Source: Macrostomum hystrix | Taxonomy: Eukaryota; Animalia; Platyhelminthes | DNA: 64,000 nucleotides | Direction of reading: 5' to 3' | NCBI GenBank assembly: GCA_950097015.1 | Contig: CATNEN010000007.1 | Span: forward strand, 1,612,001-1,676,000 | Part shown: in pieces, positions 44,078 through 57,867 of the stretch | Numbering within the stretch: the stretch's first letter is position 1 | Layout: the number at the start of each line of letters is the position of its first letter | Notes under the pieces: model-generated | Told to the model about the DNA's origin: nothing | Databases searched by the model: none | Seen by the model: the letters and a program-made list of their open reading frames with translations, nothing else | Position numbers and translations under genes: made by a program

Positions 44078-45545
44078 TAGACACAGACATTCCACATGCT
44101 AGACACAGCCATTCCATATGTTAGACACAGCCATTCCATATGTTAGACACAGCCGTTCCACATGTTAGACACAGCCGTTTCACATGTTAGACACAGTTGT
44201 ACATATATGTTAAACACAGCCATCCCAATTTTTTGACACAGCCATCCCAAATGTTAGACACAGCCATACCACATGTTAGACACAGCCATACCACATGTTA
44301 GACACAGCCGTTCCACATGTTAGACACAGCCGTTCCACATGTTAGACACAGCCGTTCCACGTGATATACAAAGCCGTTTCACATGTTAGACACAGCCATC
44401 CCACATGTTAGACACAGCCATACCACATGTTAGACACAGCCATACCACATGTTAGACACAGCCGTTCCACATGTTAGACACAGCCGTTCCACATGTTAGA
44501 CACAGCCGTTCCACATGTTAGACACAGCCGTTCCACGTGATATACAAAGCCGTTTCACATGTTAGACACAGCCATCCCACATGTTAGACACAGCCATACC
44601 ACATGTTAGACACAGCCATACCACATGTTAGACACAGCCGTTCCACATGTTAGACACAGCCGTTCCACATGTTAGACACAGCCGTTCCACGTGATATACA
44701 AAGCCGTTTCACATGTTAGACACAGCCATCCCACATGTTAGACACAGCCATCCCACATGTTAGACACAGCCATACCACATGTTAGACACAGGTATCCCAC
44801 ATGTTAGACACAGCCGTTCCACATGTTAGACACAGCAGTCCTACATGTTAGACACAGCAGTTCTACATCTTAAACACAGCAGTCCTACATGTTAGACACA
44901 GCCATTCCATATGTTAGACACAGTCGTTCTAAATGTTAGACACAGCCGTTTCACATGTAAGACACAGCCATACCACATGTTAGACACAGCCATCCCAAAT
45001 GTTAGACACAGCCGTTCCACATGTTAGACACAGCCATCCCAAATGTTAGACACAGCCGTTCCACATGTTAGACACAGCCATCCCAAATGTTAGACACAGC
45101 CATACCACATGTTAGACACAGCCATCCCAAATGTTAGACACAGCCGTTCCACATGTTAGACACAGCCGTTTCACATGTTAGACACAGCCGTTCCACGTGA
45201 TATACAAAGCCGTTTCACATGTTAGACACAGCCATTCCACATGTTAGACACAGCCATCCCACATGTTAGACACAGCCATACCACATGTTAGACACAGCCA
45301 TACCACATGTTAGACACAGCCGTTCCACATGTTAGACACAGCCGTTCCACATGTTAGACACAGCCGTTCCACGTGATATACAAAGCCGTTTCACATGTTA
45401 GACACAGCCATCCCACATGTTAGACACAGCCATACCACATGTTAGACACAGATATCCCACATGTTAGACACAGCCATACCACATGTTAGACACAGATATC
45501 CCACATGTTAGACACAGCCGTTCCACATGTTAGACACAGCTGTAC
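44078..45545. repeat. Minisatellite, 22 bp (same unit as 41735-42510)
   Basis: About 66 copies with recurring variant units. Confidence 0.95.
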
Positions 45546-45889
45546 ATATAACATACGAGTTGTGACTGAAATGGAATCACAACTCCGTTAACCTAGTTTT
45601 TGCTAGGTGAAAAGCGCGCTGCCTTAGTCTCTAATTAGAGTAGTCACAAATTCGGCATGCAAAGAATTGCTCATTTGACACCGCTGCCACCTGGTTTCGC
45701 CATCTTATTGCCTGTTATCTCGTTCGCCTGTCAAACACAAATTAAAAAGAGAAATTCGTCACTGATTGCTGAACCACAAGCAATTTCCTCTGTATATAAA
45801 ATGTCGGGTAGGAGAAAACGGGTAGGCACAGCTCTCAGCGACTTTACTTGGGAATCACACCAAGCAACTCGGATTCCTACCTGGAGACC

Positions 45890-48800
45890 ATGACAGGCCC
45901 CGACTGGCTGACACAATTCGTGCTGGCGTCATTGAGCCTGGCGACTGTCTGTGATGACAGGCAGACAGTACACACTCTGGTTGTGTGCTCATACAATGAC
46001 ACCATCGACTCAGACACAGAATATTATCAGTTTGCCATGGACTACGTCAATCACAACATGTCCGGGTTGGGCCTGAATTTTCGGCTTAAACCGACATTCA
46101 AGTGTGCGCTCGGAGTGAGTCTAAGAAATTATCAAAGCTTTTTTCTGCCTAGAATCGTAGCTAGACTCGTAGGTAGAACCGTAGCTAGAATCGTAGCTAG
46201 TATCGCAGCTAGAATCGTAGCTAGACTCGTAGCTAGAATCGAAGCTAGAATCGTAGTTAGACTCGTAGCTAGAATCGAAGCTAGACTCGTAGCTAGAATC
46301 ATAGCAAGAATCGTAGCTAGAATCGCAGCTAGACTCGTAGCTAGAATCGTAGCTAAAATCGAAGCTAGAATCGAAGCTAGAATCGAAGCTAGAATCGGAG
46401 CTAGAATCGAAGCTAGAATCGGAGCTGGAATAGAAGCTAGAATCGGAGTTGGAATCCGAGCAAGAACTGTAGCTGGAATCCGAGCAGGAACTGTAGCTGG
46501 AATCCGAGCTGGAACTGTAGCTGGAATCCGAGCAGGAACTGTAGCTGGAATCCGAGCAGGAACTGTAGCTGGAATCCGAGCAGGAACTGTAGCTGGAATC
46601 CGAGCAGGAACTGTAGCTGGAATCCGAGCAGGAACTGTAGCTGGAATCCGAGCAGGAACTGTAGCTGGAATCCGAGCTGGAACTGTAGCTGGAATCCGAG
46701 CTGGAACTGTAGCTGGAATCCGAGCAGGAACTGTAGCTGGAATCCGAGCAGGAACTGTAGCTGGAATCCGAGCTGGAACTGTAGCTGGAATCCGAGCTGG
46801 AACTGTAGCTGGAATCCGAGCAGGAACTGTAGCTGGAATCCGAGCAGGAACTGTAGCTGGAATCCGAGCAGGAACTGTAGCTGGAATCCGAGCTGGAACT
46901 GTAGCTGGAATCCGAGCTGGAACTGTAGCTGGAATCCGAGCAGGAACTGTAGCTGGAATCCGAGCAGGAACTGTAGCTGGAATCCGTGCAGGAACTGTAG
47001 CTGGAATCCGTGCAGGAACTGTAGCTGGAATCCGAGCTGGAACTGTAGCTGGAATCCGAGCAGGAACTGTAGCTGGAATCCGAGCAGGAACTGTAGCTGG
47101 AATCCAAACAGTAACTGTAGCTGGAATTCGAGCAGGAATTGTAGCTGGAATCCAAACAGGAACTGTAGCTGGAATCCGTGCAGGAACTGTAGCTGGAATC
47201 CGTGCAGGAACTGTAGCTGGAATCCGTGCAGGAACTGTAGCTGGAATCCGAGCTGGAACTGTAGCTGGAATCCGAGCAGGAACTGTAGCTGGAATCCGAG
47301 CAGGAACTGTAGCTGGAATCCGAGCAGGAACTGTAGCTGGAATCCGTGCAGGAACTGTAGCTGGAATCCGAGCTGGAACTGTAGCTGGAATCCGAGCAGG
47401 AACTGTAGCTGGAATCGTAGCAGCAGCAGGAACTGTAGCTGGAATCGTAGCAGCAGCAGGAACCACATTCAGCAGTTGAATTCGGCAGTAGTAGTTGTCA
47501 TAGAAGTTTACATTTTGCGAATCTTTCTACTTAAAGTAGGATAAACGCGTATTAAAAAATAGGTGCGCCTGAACCTATTGCAGGAGTTGCAGGGCAGCGC
47601 GGTGCGGATGTTCGCCGAGGGCTACCTCTCCAAACCGAACAAGGCCCTAATGTTCGGCCCGGCCTATTCAAATCAGGCTGTGATAGTGGCCAATGTGGCC
47701 CAGTACTATTTCCTACCCCAGGTTGGTTATCATTGGTTAATTTGTACAGAAATGGAATGATTTTAGCATGATATTTACGCCATTTCAATCCTGCTTTGGT
47801 GTAGGATCTTTTACAATAAAATCATACACCTTTCTAAGCTGATTATATCCGTTGCTAGGCGGAATATATCCGTTGCTAGGCGGATTGTATATCTGTTGCT
47901 AAATGGCTTGTATCAGTTTCTAGGCGGATTGTATTCGTTGCTAGGCGGATTGTATCCGTTGCTAGGCGGATTGTATCCGTTGCTAGGCGGATTGTATCCG
48001 TTGCTGGGCGGATTGTATCCGTTGCTTTGGTGATCGGGTTTGATAGTGGGCTGATTTTTGCCGTTGCTATGCCGTTTGTATTAATTGATATGCAATTTGA
48101 ATCCGTTGCTATGCAATCTGAATCGGTTGCTATGCAACTTGGTGCCATATGAGAATTCTATTCGTGCCGATCAGGCTTGTGTACTCGTACTTGCCAAGCG
48201 AAGTTTAACCGTTAATATGCTAATTATTATTATCCGCTTGGTACGCAAATTTAGTCCGTTGCTATCCGGTATGTGTAATTTTACAATTACGTATGGTTGC
48301 CGCTGCTATGCCGCAACAAAAATATTTCTAACAATTTCAGATAGCCGTCTCTACGCCTACGCCCCAATTGTCCGACAAAGACTTCTACAAGTACTTTTCT
48401 AGAGTCAGCGTGTCGCAGAGCCTCTTCCTGCACGGCGTGATGAAGGTTCTCAAGCTGTACAGCTGGGACATTGTTGGCCTGCTCACTAGCGACTATGATG
48501 GCGTCTACTCTGTGAGCAGGCTAATAAGCAGACTCATTCTTTTACTAATCTGTCATTAAGAAATGTATAATTCTTTTAGTTTACCAATCTACAAATTTAT
48601 CTATCTACAAATCTAAAAATCTACAGATCTACCAATCTACCAATCTACCAATCTCCTAATCTACCAATCTACAAATCTACCAATCTACAAATCTACAAAT
48701 CTACAAATATACCAATCTACAAATCTACATATCTACAAATACCAATCTACAAATCTACCAATCTCCTAATCTACCAATCTCCTAATCTACCAATCTCCTA

Positions 48801-51800
48801 ATCTACAAATCTACCAATCTACCAATCTAAAAATACCAATCTACAAATCTACCAATCCACCAATCTACAAATCTACAAATCTACAAATCTACAAATCTAC
48901 CAATCTCCTAATCTACCAATCTCCAAATCTACCAATCTCCTAATCTACAAATCTACCAATCTACCAATCTAAAAATACCAATCTACAAATCTACCAATCT
49001 ACCAATCTACAAATCTACAAATCTACAAATCTACAAATCTACCAATCTACCAATCTAGAAATCTACCAATCTCCTAATCTACAAATCTACAAATCTACTA
49101 ATCTCCTAATCTACAAATCTACAAATCTACCAATCTCCTAATCTACAAATCTACCAATCTACCAATCTACAAATCTACCAATCTACAAATCTACCAATCT
49201 ACAAATACCAATCTACAAATCTACCAATCTACCAATCTACCAATCTCCTAATCTACAAATATACAAATCTACAAATCTACAAATCTACAAATCTACAAAT
49301 CTACCAATCAACAAATCTACCAATCTGCCAGTCTACCAATCTACCAATCTCCTAATCTACAAATCTACCAATCTACAAATCTACCAATCTACAAATACCA
49401 ATCTACTAATCTACTAATCTACCAATCTACTAATCTACCAATCTAATAATCTACGAATCGACTAATAAACAAATCCACCTATCTATCAATAGGCTAATCT
49501 ACCAATCTACCAATCTACCAATCTACAAATTTACAAATCTACCAATCTATCAATCTACTAATCACCTAATCTACAAACCTACCAATCTACAAATCTACCA
49601 ATCTACAAATCTACCAATCTACAAATCTACCAATCTACCAATCTACCAATCTACCAATCCCCTAATCTAGCAATCTATCAATCCACTTGTCAGCCAATAC
49701 AAATGCGATCCATTATTGTTGCAGACCTCTAGCCAGTTGCAGAAGCTGCTACCCCTGTACAACATCAGCCTGGCTGCTAGGGGTGTCTATAAGACTGATC
49801 CCACAGACGCGCTGCGTAGGATGAGGGTGAGAGACAAGGGTAGAATTAAACCGTTTTAATAGTTCAATTAATTGGTTCACAAAATAAGTTATTTCTTTCA
49901 AAATTAACAAAGGATATGGACGTGCGCATCTTCCTGGTTGTTCGAGCGGCCAGCATTGAAACTGTGAAATTTGAATGCCTGGTAAGTCGCTGATACAGTT
50001 CAGTATGAACTAATTGTAGGGAGTGTCGCCTGTTGGACAGGTGTGTCGCTTATTAGACAGGGAGTTTCACTTGTTAGACAGGGAGTGTCACCTGTTAGAC
50101 AGGAGTATCACCTGTTAGACAGGGAGTGTCACCTGTAAGACAAGGGGTGCCACTTGTTGGACAGGGAGTGTCACTTGTTAGACAGGAGTGTCACCTGTTA
50201 GACAGGAGTGTCACCTGTTAGACAGGAGTGTCACCTGTTAGACAGGAGTGTCACCTGTTAGACAGGAATGTCACCTGTTAGACAAGGGGTGCCACTTGTT
50301 GGACAGGTGTGTCACCTGTTGGACAGGTGTGTCACCTGTTAGACAGGGAGTGTCACCTGTTAGACAAGGGGTGCCACTTGTTGGACAGGGAGTGTCACTT
50401 GTTAGACAGGAGTGTCACCTGTTAGACAGGAGTGTCACCTGTTAGACAGGAGTGTCACCTGTTGGACAGGAGTGTCACCTGTTAGACAGGAATGTCACCT
50501 GTTAGACAAGGGGTGCCACTTGTTGGACAGGTGTGTCACCTGTTGGACAGGTGTGTCACCTGTTAGACATGAGTGTCACTTGTTAGACAGGGAGTGTCAC
50601 CTGTTAGACAGGAGTGTCACCTGTTAGACAGGAGTGTCACCTGTTAGACAGGAGTGTCACCTGTTAGACAGGAGTGTCACCTGTTAGACAGGAATGTCAC
50701 CTGTTAGACAAGGGGTGCCACTTGTTGGACAGGTGTGTCACCTGTTGGACAGGTGTGTCACCTGTTAGACATGAGTGTCACTTGTTAGACAGGGAGTGTC
50801 ACCTGTTAGACAAGGGGTGCCACTTGTTGGACAGGTGTGTCACCTGTTGGACAGGTGTGTCACCTGTTAGACAGGGAGTGTCACCTGTAAGACAAGGGGT
50901 GCCACTTGTTGGACAGGGAGTGTCACTTGTTAGACAGGAGTGTCACCTGTTAGACAGGAGTGTCACCTGTTAGACAGGAGTGTCACCTGTTAGACAGGAG
51001 TGTCACCTGTTAGACAGGAATGTCACCTGTTAGACAAGGGGTGCCACTTGTTGGACAGGTGTGTCACCTGTTGGACAGGTGTGTCACCTGTTAGACATGA
51101 GTGTCACTTGTTAGACAGGGAGTGTCACCTGTTAGACTGGATTGTCACCTGTTAGACAGTTGTGTCACCTGTTAGACAGGGAGTGTCAATTACTTGTGAC
51201 ATTGACACTGTCAATCTTCAACGAAACAAAACCACATTTTCTCAGATCAAACAGTTTGACATGGTCGGGCCAAAGTACTTCTGGATCCAACTGGGCGAGA
51301 CTCGAACCTTCGACCCGCCAACGGATCCGGGCCAATGCGACAGCCTGGACCAACTGAGGGCCGGCGCGGAGAACTCCGTGTACTTTAAATCGGACCTGAT
51401 TGTGCTCGGCAACGAGACCAGCATGGGCTCAGTGGTATGGAACGAACATTCGAGAATAAGCTGTGCTCAAGCTATTTTCAATTCCTAGATGGATAGCTGC
51501 TCAGTCTAGGGACTTGGGAGGCGCCATACCTCACTAAGTTTCTAGCCAAGCTAGTAAAATTGCCGTTCCATAATTGACATTTCATTTAAAGACTTCTGAC
51601 GAAATCTACAACGAGTTTCTCCGCCGGAATCCACACCTGGACTCAGCTAGAGTGACGCTAAACGGCCTGGGAATCCGTTTGGACGCTGTGCTCACGGCCG
51701 CCTTGGCGCTGAATCGAACCCTGGTCAGGCACCCCTACTCGACTGCGCTGGATCTCGATAAGAGCGACTTTAAGGACCGACTGCTCAACGAAATCAGGGC

Positions 51801-54800
51801 GATAGATTTCATCGGATTCACTGTTAGCGTGCACACTTGAGTCTAGTGCTGCCCGACTGTCACTCTGTCCTATAGACTGTCACTCTGTCCTGTAGACTGT
51901 CACTCTGTCCTGTAGACTGTCACTCTGTCCTGTAGACTGTCACTCTGTCCTGTAGACTGTCACTCTGTCCTGCAGACTGTCACTCTGTCCTGTAGACTGT
52001 CACTCTGTCCTGTAGACTGTCACTCTGTCCTATAGACTGTCACTCTGTCCTGTAGACTGTCACTCTGTCCTATAGACTGTAACTCTGTCCTATAGACTGT
52101 CACTCTGTCCTGTAGACTGTCACTCTGCCCTATAGACTGTCACTCTGTCCTATAGACTGTCACTCTGTCCTATAGACTGTAAATCTGTCCTATAGACTGT
52201 CACTCTGTCCTGTAGACTGTCACTCTGTCCTGTAGACTGTCCACTCTGTCCTATAGACTGTCACTCTGTCCTGTAGACTGTCACTCTGTCCTATAGACTT
52301 TCACTCTGTCCTGTAGACTGTCACTCTGTCCTGTAGACTGTCACTCTGTCCTGTAGACTGTCACTCTGCTCTATAGACTGTCACTCTGTCCTATAGACTG
52401 TCACTCTGTCCTATAGACTTTCACTCTGTCCTGTAGACTGTCACTCTGTCCTATAGACTTTCACTCTGTCCTGTAGACTGTCACTCTGTCCTGTAGACTG
52501 TCACTCTGTCCTGTAGACTGTCACTCTGCTCTATAGACTGTCACTCTGTCCTATAGACTGTCACTCTGTCCTATAGACTTTCACTCTGTCCTGTAGACTG
52601 TCACTCTGTCCTATAGACTTTCACTCTGTCCTGTAGACTGTCACTCTGTCCTGTAGACTGTCACTCTGTCCTGTAGACTGTCACTCTGCTCTATAGACTG
52701 TCACTCTGTCCTATAGACTGTCACTCTGTCCTATAGACTTTCACTCTGTCCTGTAGACTGTCACTCTGCTCTATAGACTGTCACTCTGTCCTATAGACTG
52801 TCACTCTGTCCTATAAACTTTCACTCTGTCCTGTAGACTGTCACTCTGTCCTATAGACTTTCACTCTGTCCTGTAGACTGTCACTCTGTCCTGTAGACTG
52901 TCACTCTGTCCTGTAGACTGTCACTGTCACGATGTAATTTAGACTGTCGTTTTGTTTTTTAGAGCGTCTTCTGTTCTGTCAAAACTCAGATTTGAAAAGT
53001 CAGAATTGCAGACAAAAAATCAATATATTTCTATTCATACTTTAGGGCCGAGTTAAACTCGACGGGAACGGAGACCGATTAGCGAACGCGGTGATCTACC
53101 AGATTCGAAGTCTGTGTTCGATTTGAAATCTACGAGCGTAGCTAGCATATTTAGCTCGCGTGTTATTTTATACGGCAATGAACATCTGAAAAAAGATTAT
53201 ATTCTATTTGCAGACTTCCAGCCAGTGGCAGTTGCCCAGTACGACACCTATGCTAATGCCATCGACTGGAGCGAAGGATTTCAGTTTGCAGGTGCGCCAC
53301 ATTCGGTAAAGAGGAGAGGGGGGAGAGAGGAGAGAGGAGATTGGGAGAGAGGAGAGAGGAGAGTGGGAGAGAGGAGAGAGGAGAGTGGGAGAGAGGAGAT
53401 AGGGAGAGAGGAGAGAGGAGAGAGGAGAGTGGAAGAGAGGAGAGTGGGAGAGAGGAGAATGGGAGAGAGGAGAGTGGAAGAGAGGAGAGAGGGAGGGAGA
53501 AGAGTGGGAAGAGAGAGGGAGAGAGGAGAGAGGGAGAGAGAAGAGTGGGTAGAGTGAGGGAGAGAGGAGAGTGGGGAGAGAGAGGGAGAGAGGAGAGTGG
53601 GGAGAGAGAAGAGTGGGGAGAGAGGAAGAGAGGAGAGTGGGGAGAGAGAGGGAGAGAAAAGAGTGGGGAGAGAGGGAGAGAGGAGAGTGGGTAGAGAGAG
53701 GGAGAGAGGAGAGTGGGGAGAGAGAGGGAGAGAGAAGAGTGGGGAGAGAGGAAGAGAGGAGAGTGGGTAGAGAGAGGGAGAGAGGAGAGTGGGGAGAGAG
53801 GGAGAGAGAAGAGTGTGGAGAGAGGGAGAGAGGAGAGTGGGGAGAGAGAGGGAGAGAGGAGAGTGGGTAGAGAGAGGGAGAGAGGAGAGTGGGGAGAGAG
53901 GGAGAGAGAAGAGTGGGGAGAGAGGGAGAGAGAAGAGTGTGGAGAGAGGGAGAGAGGAGAGTGGGGAGAGAGAGGGAGAGAGAAGAGTGGGGAGAGAGGA
54001 AGAGAGGAGAGTGGGTAGAGAGAGGGAGAGAGGAGAGTGGGGAGAGAGGGAGAGAGGAGAGTGGGGAGAGAGAGGGAGAGAGAAGAGTGGGGAGAGAGGA
54101 AGAGAGGAGGAGCGCCTCAAACCCCGCAGGCACTGACACGGCAAAAAGTTCGTCAATATTGAAAAGTGCCGAATTTTCGATTATATTATAATTTTCGTCA
54201 AGAGAGAAGAGCGGGAGAGAGGAGAGTGAGATCGCTAATGATGTCTCTCTACCTAAAAATTGCAGGCAACGCGCCACCCAGAGATCAGCCGCGGCTGGTG
54301 ACCAATCAGTTGGTAGTGAGCCGCACCAATGCCATTGTGATGCTGTCCCTCTGCTCAGTGTGCCTGGCCCTCACGCTGAGCTGCATGGGTGTCAATCATT
54401 ACTACCGGCATATCAAACTAATCAAGCTGTCATCGCCGAACATCAACAATCTGATTGCTGTCGGCTGTGTTTTATGCTATGCGTCCTGCGTTTTGTCTGC
54501 CGTTGGTGGCAGCTGGGTGCAGGACGCCGCGATCTGCTGGCTGCAGTCGTCCAGCCTCTGCTTCGGCTACTCCATCGCCTACGGGGCCATGCTGGCCAAG
54601 ACCTGGCGGGTGCACGCCATCTTCGCCAACAGGAACCTGCGCCGGGTGGTGAGCTGCGATTGGCTGGGAGGACCGCGTCTGCTGATTGGTTCCGAGAATC
54701 CCGTTTTTATTGGCTGGGAGGCTCGTGTCTTTGGATTGGAGGGATTGGCTTGGACGATTGAGTGGAATGGGCGTTTTGTGGCTGCTAGGATGGCCATTTA

Positions 54801-57026
54801 TTGGCTGCGAGGGTCGCTTTATATTAGACGGCAGGGTTGTTTTTGATTGGATGGGAGGGTTTTTTCATTTGATTGGAGGGTCGATTTTAATTGGATGGGT
54901 GGGTTTTTATTTTATTAGAGGGGTCGTTTCTTATTGGATGGGAGGGTTTTTCATTTGATTGGATGGTCGTTTTTCCTTTGGTTGAAGGGTAGTTTTTCAT
55001 TGGATGGGAGGGTTGTTTTTCATTGGATAGATTACTTATTTTTTATGGCAAGACCTGAATGAAGGAAATTTAAATAATTTAAATCACAACCATTCCGCAG
55101 TCCATTAAAGACCCTCAGCTGGCCGCTGTCCCATTGGTTCTTGTTCTACTGGATGCCGTCCTGTTCACGGTTTGGGGCCTGGTCGATCCGATGCAATTGA
55201 TCAACGAAAAATACGCTGTCGTGGTCAGTTGGAAACGTTTCTAACTACAACATACTACTAATTCTTTTTGTAGTAATGCTAACAAACATTTTTATTATGC
55301 TTGCCTTCAGGAATCAATTAAAGAGGGATCTGTTGAGGTCAACATGGCTCAGACGTGCAGCAGCAACTTCATGACCATCTGGTTTGTGGCTTTCGTAGGC
55401 TATAAAGGTGTGCGATTGTAACTATATTTATAACTCTGATTCTATATTTCAATATTATGGTGAGAGGAAGCTGAGGATTGAGGTGGATGGAATGAGGTGG
55501 GTGAAGGATTGAGGTAGATGGAGTGAGTTGAGTGATGGAGTGAGGTGGATGGAGTGAGGTGGGTGAAGGATTGAGGTAGATGGAGTGAGTTGAGTGAAGG
55601 AGTGAGGTGGATGGAGTGAGGTGGGTGAAGGAGTGAGGTGGGTGAAGGAGTGAGTTGGATGAAGGAGTGAGGTGGCTGACTGAGAAGGGTGAAGTAGGTT
55701 GCAGGTCAGATATTGGTACTATGATGAAGATAGATAAATAGAAATGACACTTAAGTCACTTAGGCACACCTAGAGCAAGTGGGACATGCGCAGTGTACCT
55801 GTGTACAGGTATACCTGTGTATAATGCACTGTGTACAGCTGTTTAGTCCATGGACTGGGACATGGACTGGCACATGGGCGGTGAAGGCAACGACACCCAA
55901 ACTGGCAGGCTTGTGTACTTACAACGCTTTCAGGATTTCTGTTGGCCTTCGGCATCTTCTTCGCCTGGGAGACCCGAGCTGTGCAAATTGAGAGCCTCAA
56001 CGACTCGAAGAAGATCGGAATCTGCGTCTACAACACCATGGTGATGGGCGCACTGGGGGTGGTCATGACCTTCGTGCTGCCCGGCAGCGAAGTCAACTTG
56101 CGCTTCCTGCTGATCAACGGCTGCATCATCGTCTGCTGCACCACCGCTGTTGTGATTGTGTTCGGCAGCAAGGTTAGTGTGAGCCTGAGTACAGGCTTAT
56201 CTGGTGTACATCAGAACGGTAGAGTACTTCAGTTGTTCGAAGAGCTTGTGAAACAAAAATGTCGTGTGCATTGACGAGTGAATAGTGATTTTATTCTATG
56301 TATCTAATTTAATGGATCATGGAGTCTGGAGGATGAGGGAGTGAGGTAGATGTGATGTAGATTGAGGAGCAAGGTGGAGGGGAAAGTGGGGTGGGTGGAG
56401 GAGTGAGGTAGATGTAGGAGTGAGATGGGTGGAGGAGTGAGATGGGTGGAGGAGTGAGATGGGTGGAGGAGTGAGGTGGATGGGGGAGTAAGGTGGACAG
56501 GGGAGTGAGGTGGGTGGAGGAGTGAGGTGGATGGAGGAGTGAGGTGGATGGAGGAGTGAGGTGGATGGAGGAGTGAGGTGGGTGGAGGAGTGAGGTGGAT
56601 GGAGGAGTGAGGTGGGTGGAGGAGTGAGGTGGATGGGGGAGTGAGGTGGGTGGATGAGTGAGGTGGATTGGGGAGTAAGGTGGACAGAGGAGTGAGGTGG
56701 GTGGAGGAGTGAAGTGGATGCAGGATCGTCTCGTTGTTAGAGAGTTCGGGTTTAAGAACTTTAAGTACGTCAGGAGTAGGATAAAACAGTTAATAAAATT
56801 TCACTAATGCAAAATTAGTCATGGAAGACATGTAGAAATTTTTCCCCTTGGCACTGCCGCTACGCAGATAATCCTGCTGCTGCACCACAGGACGTCAAGA
56901 ATAGACGACACTAGCAACTGGTTGCCAGGCAACGAGTCGGCTTCGGCGATGCCAGAGACCGCAGCCGCAGCTGCGGGGCGCTCCGCCAGACGAACTGAAG
57001 ATGAACTTGCCGCCTCGCGGGCCTGA
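45890..57026 (+). CDS. GABA-B-receptor-like class C GPCR (762 aa); exons 45890-46114, 47563-47721, 48341-48511, 49725-49826, 49913-49981, 51246-51434, 51592-51822, 53046-53109, 53214-53291, 54266-54648, 55101-55223, 55311-55407, 55934-56172, 56868-57026
   Basis: All 13 introns are GT-AG and in phase, total 2289 nt. Venus-flytrap motifs (GPAYS, PQLSDKDFYKYFSR, DVRIF, GRVKLDGNGDR). No cysteine-rich domain. The 7TM region has GABA-B signatures IKLSSPNINNLI..G, YGAMLAKTWRVH.IF, YKG.LL.FG.F.AWETR and LNDSK.IG.CVYN. Confidence 0.92.
46150..47462. repeat. 12-bp to 24-bp minisatellite (gctagaatcgta, then gctggaatccgagcaggaactgta)
   Basis: Fills GPCR intron 1. Confidence 0.95.
47855..48020. repeat. 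Minisatellite, 21 bp (gttgctaggcggattgtatcc)
   Basis: Tandem copies in GPCR intron 2. Confidence 0.88.
48590..49685. repeat. 8-bp repeat (tctac[c/a]aa)
   Basis: Fills GPCR intron 3. Confidence 0.93.
50030..51185. repeat. Minisatellite, 20-21 bp (cacctgttagacaggagtgt)
   Basis: Fills GPCR intron 5. Confidence 0.95.
51857..52927. repeat. Minisatellite, 20 bp (gactgtcactctgtcct[g/a]ta)
   Basis: Fills GPCR intron 7. Confidence 0.95.
53310..54110. repeat. GA-rich repeat (ggagagagggagagaggagagtgg)
   Basis: Fills GPCR intron 9. Confidence 0.92.
55470..55690. repeat. G-rich repeat (gagtgaggtgg[a/g]tg[g/a]a)
   Basis: GPCR intron 12. Confidence 0.85.
56330..56720. repeat. G-rich repeat (gagtgaggtgg[a/g]tggag), same family as in intron 12
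   Basis: GPCR intron 13. Confidence 0.88.
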
Positions 57027-57867
57027 ATTCTTTGTCTGCACTTTGAACTGGCCACTGAATACATTGCACATGTATATGTAACGCAGTAGTCTCTCAGTAG
57101 CCTCAACTAATTAGCTTAGTCTGTGCACCGGCTTATTGTTGATCAACAAACTGTTTGTAACACGATCCCTTCATAAGGCTCCGTTGCCCAGAGTCCAAGT
57201 TCATGTTCTCAGCAAATTTTCGATATTGTTTAGCAGGTGAAGTCTGATATTTCTACTAGCAGTAGCACAGTAGAGAAATTACCGTGTTTTACATTTTAAC
57301 TCTCAAGTTAAATAGAAAATTGGCTGGGCCAAATGCATGAGCACTCACGGTCAGCTAGAAACAGCACTCTAATTTAACAACTTTCTCCTTTGAAATTGAT
57401 TTAACAAACCAACGAACAAACGATTGGAAAAATTCAGAATTGCTATAACTTGTTTAGATGCCTTGAAGGTATGCACACAAGCAGGCGAATAACAATGATT
57501 TGCTTATTAATTAGCGCGAGTGTGTGATATATAATATTTATTTACTCATATAAATATGCGTTTAAATAAATACCGATTAGTTTTGCAAACAGACTAAATA
57601 TATAAGATCAGCAATCAGAATGTGTGTGTGTGTGCGAGTGTTAGCAGGGCCGTTTTGAATTTGGCAAAGTGCCCAAAAAGCATGAGCAGGCTAGTTGAGT
57701 TCACGGGCAAAAATGACAGATTAAATACAGGTGAGAAATAAAGGGACAGCTATAAAAATCTGAGTTGTGAGAAGGCAGGGTGGAACTGCTCTCCATCACT
57801 GTGTCAGTCAGTTTTAGACTTGGCTCTAGCCACTAGCCACTAGCCACTTTACGAGTATAACGCTAGA

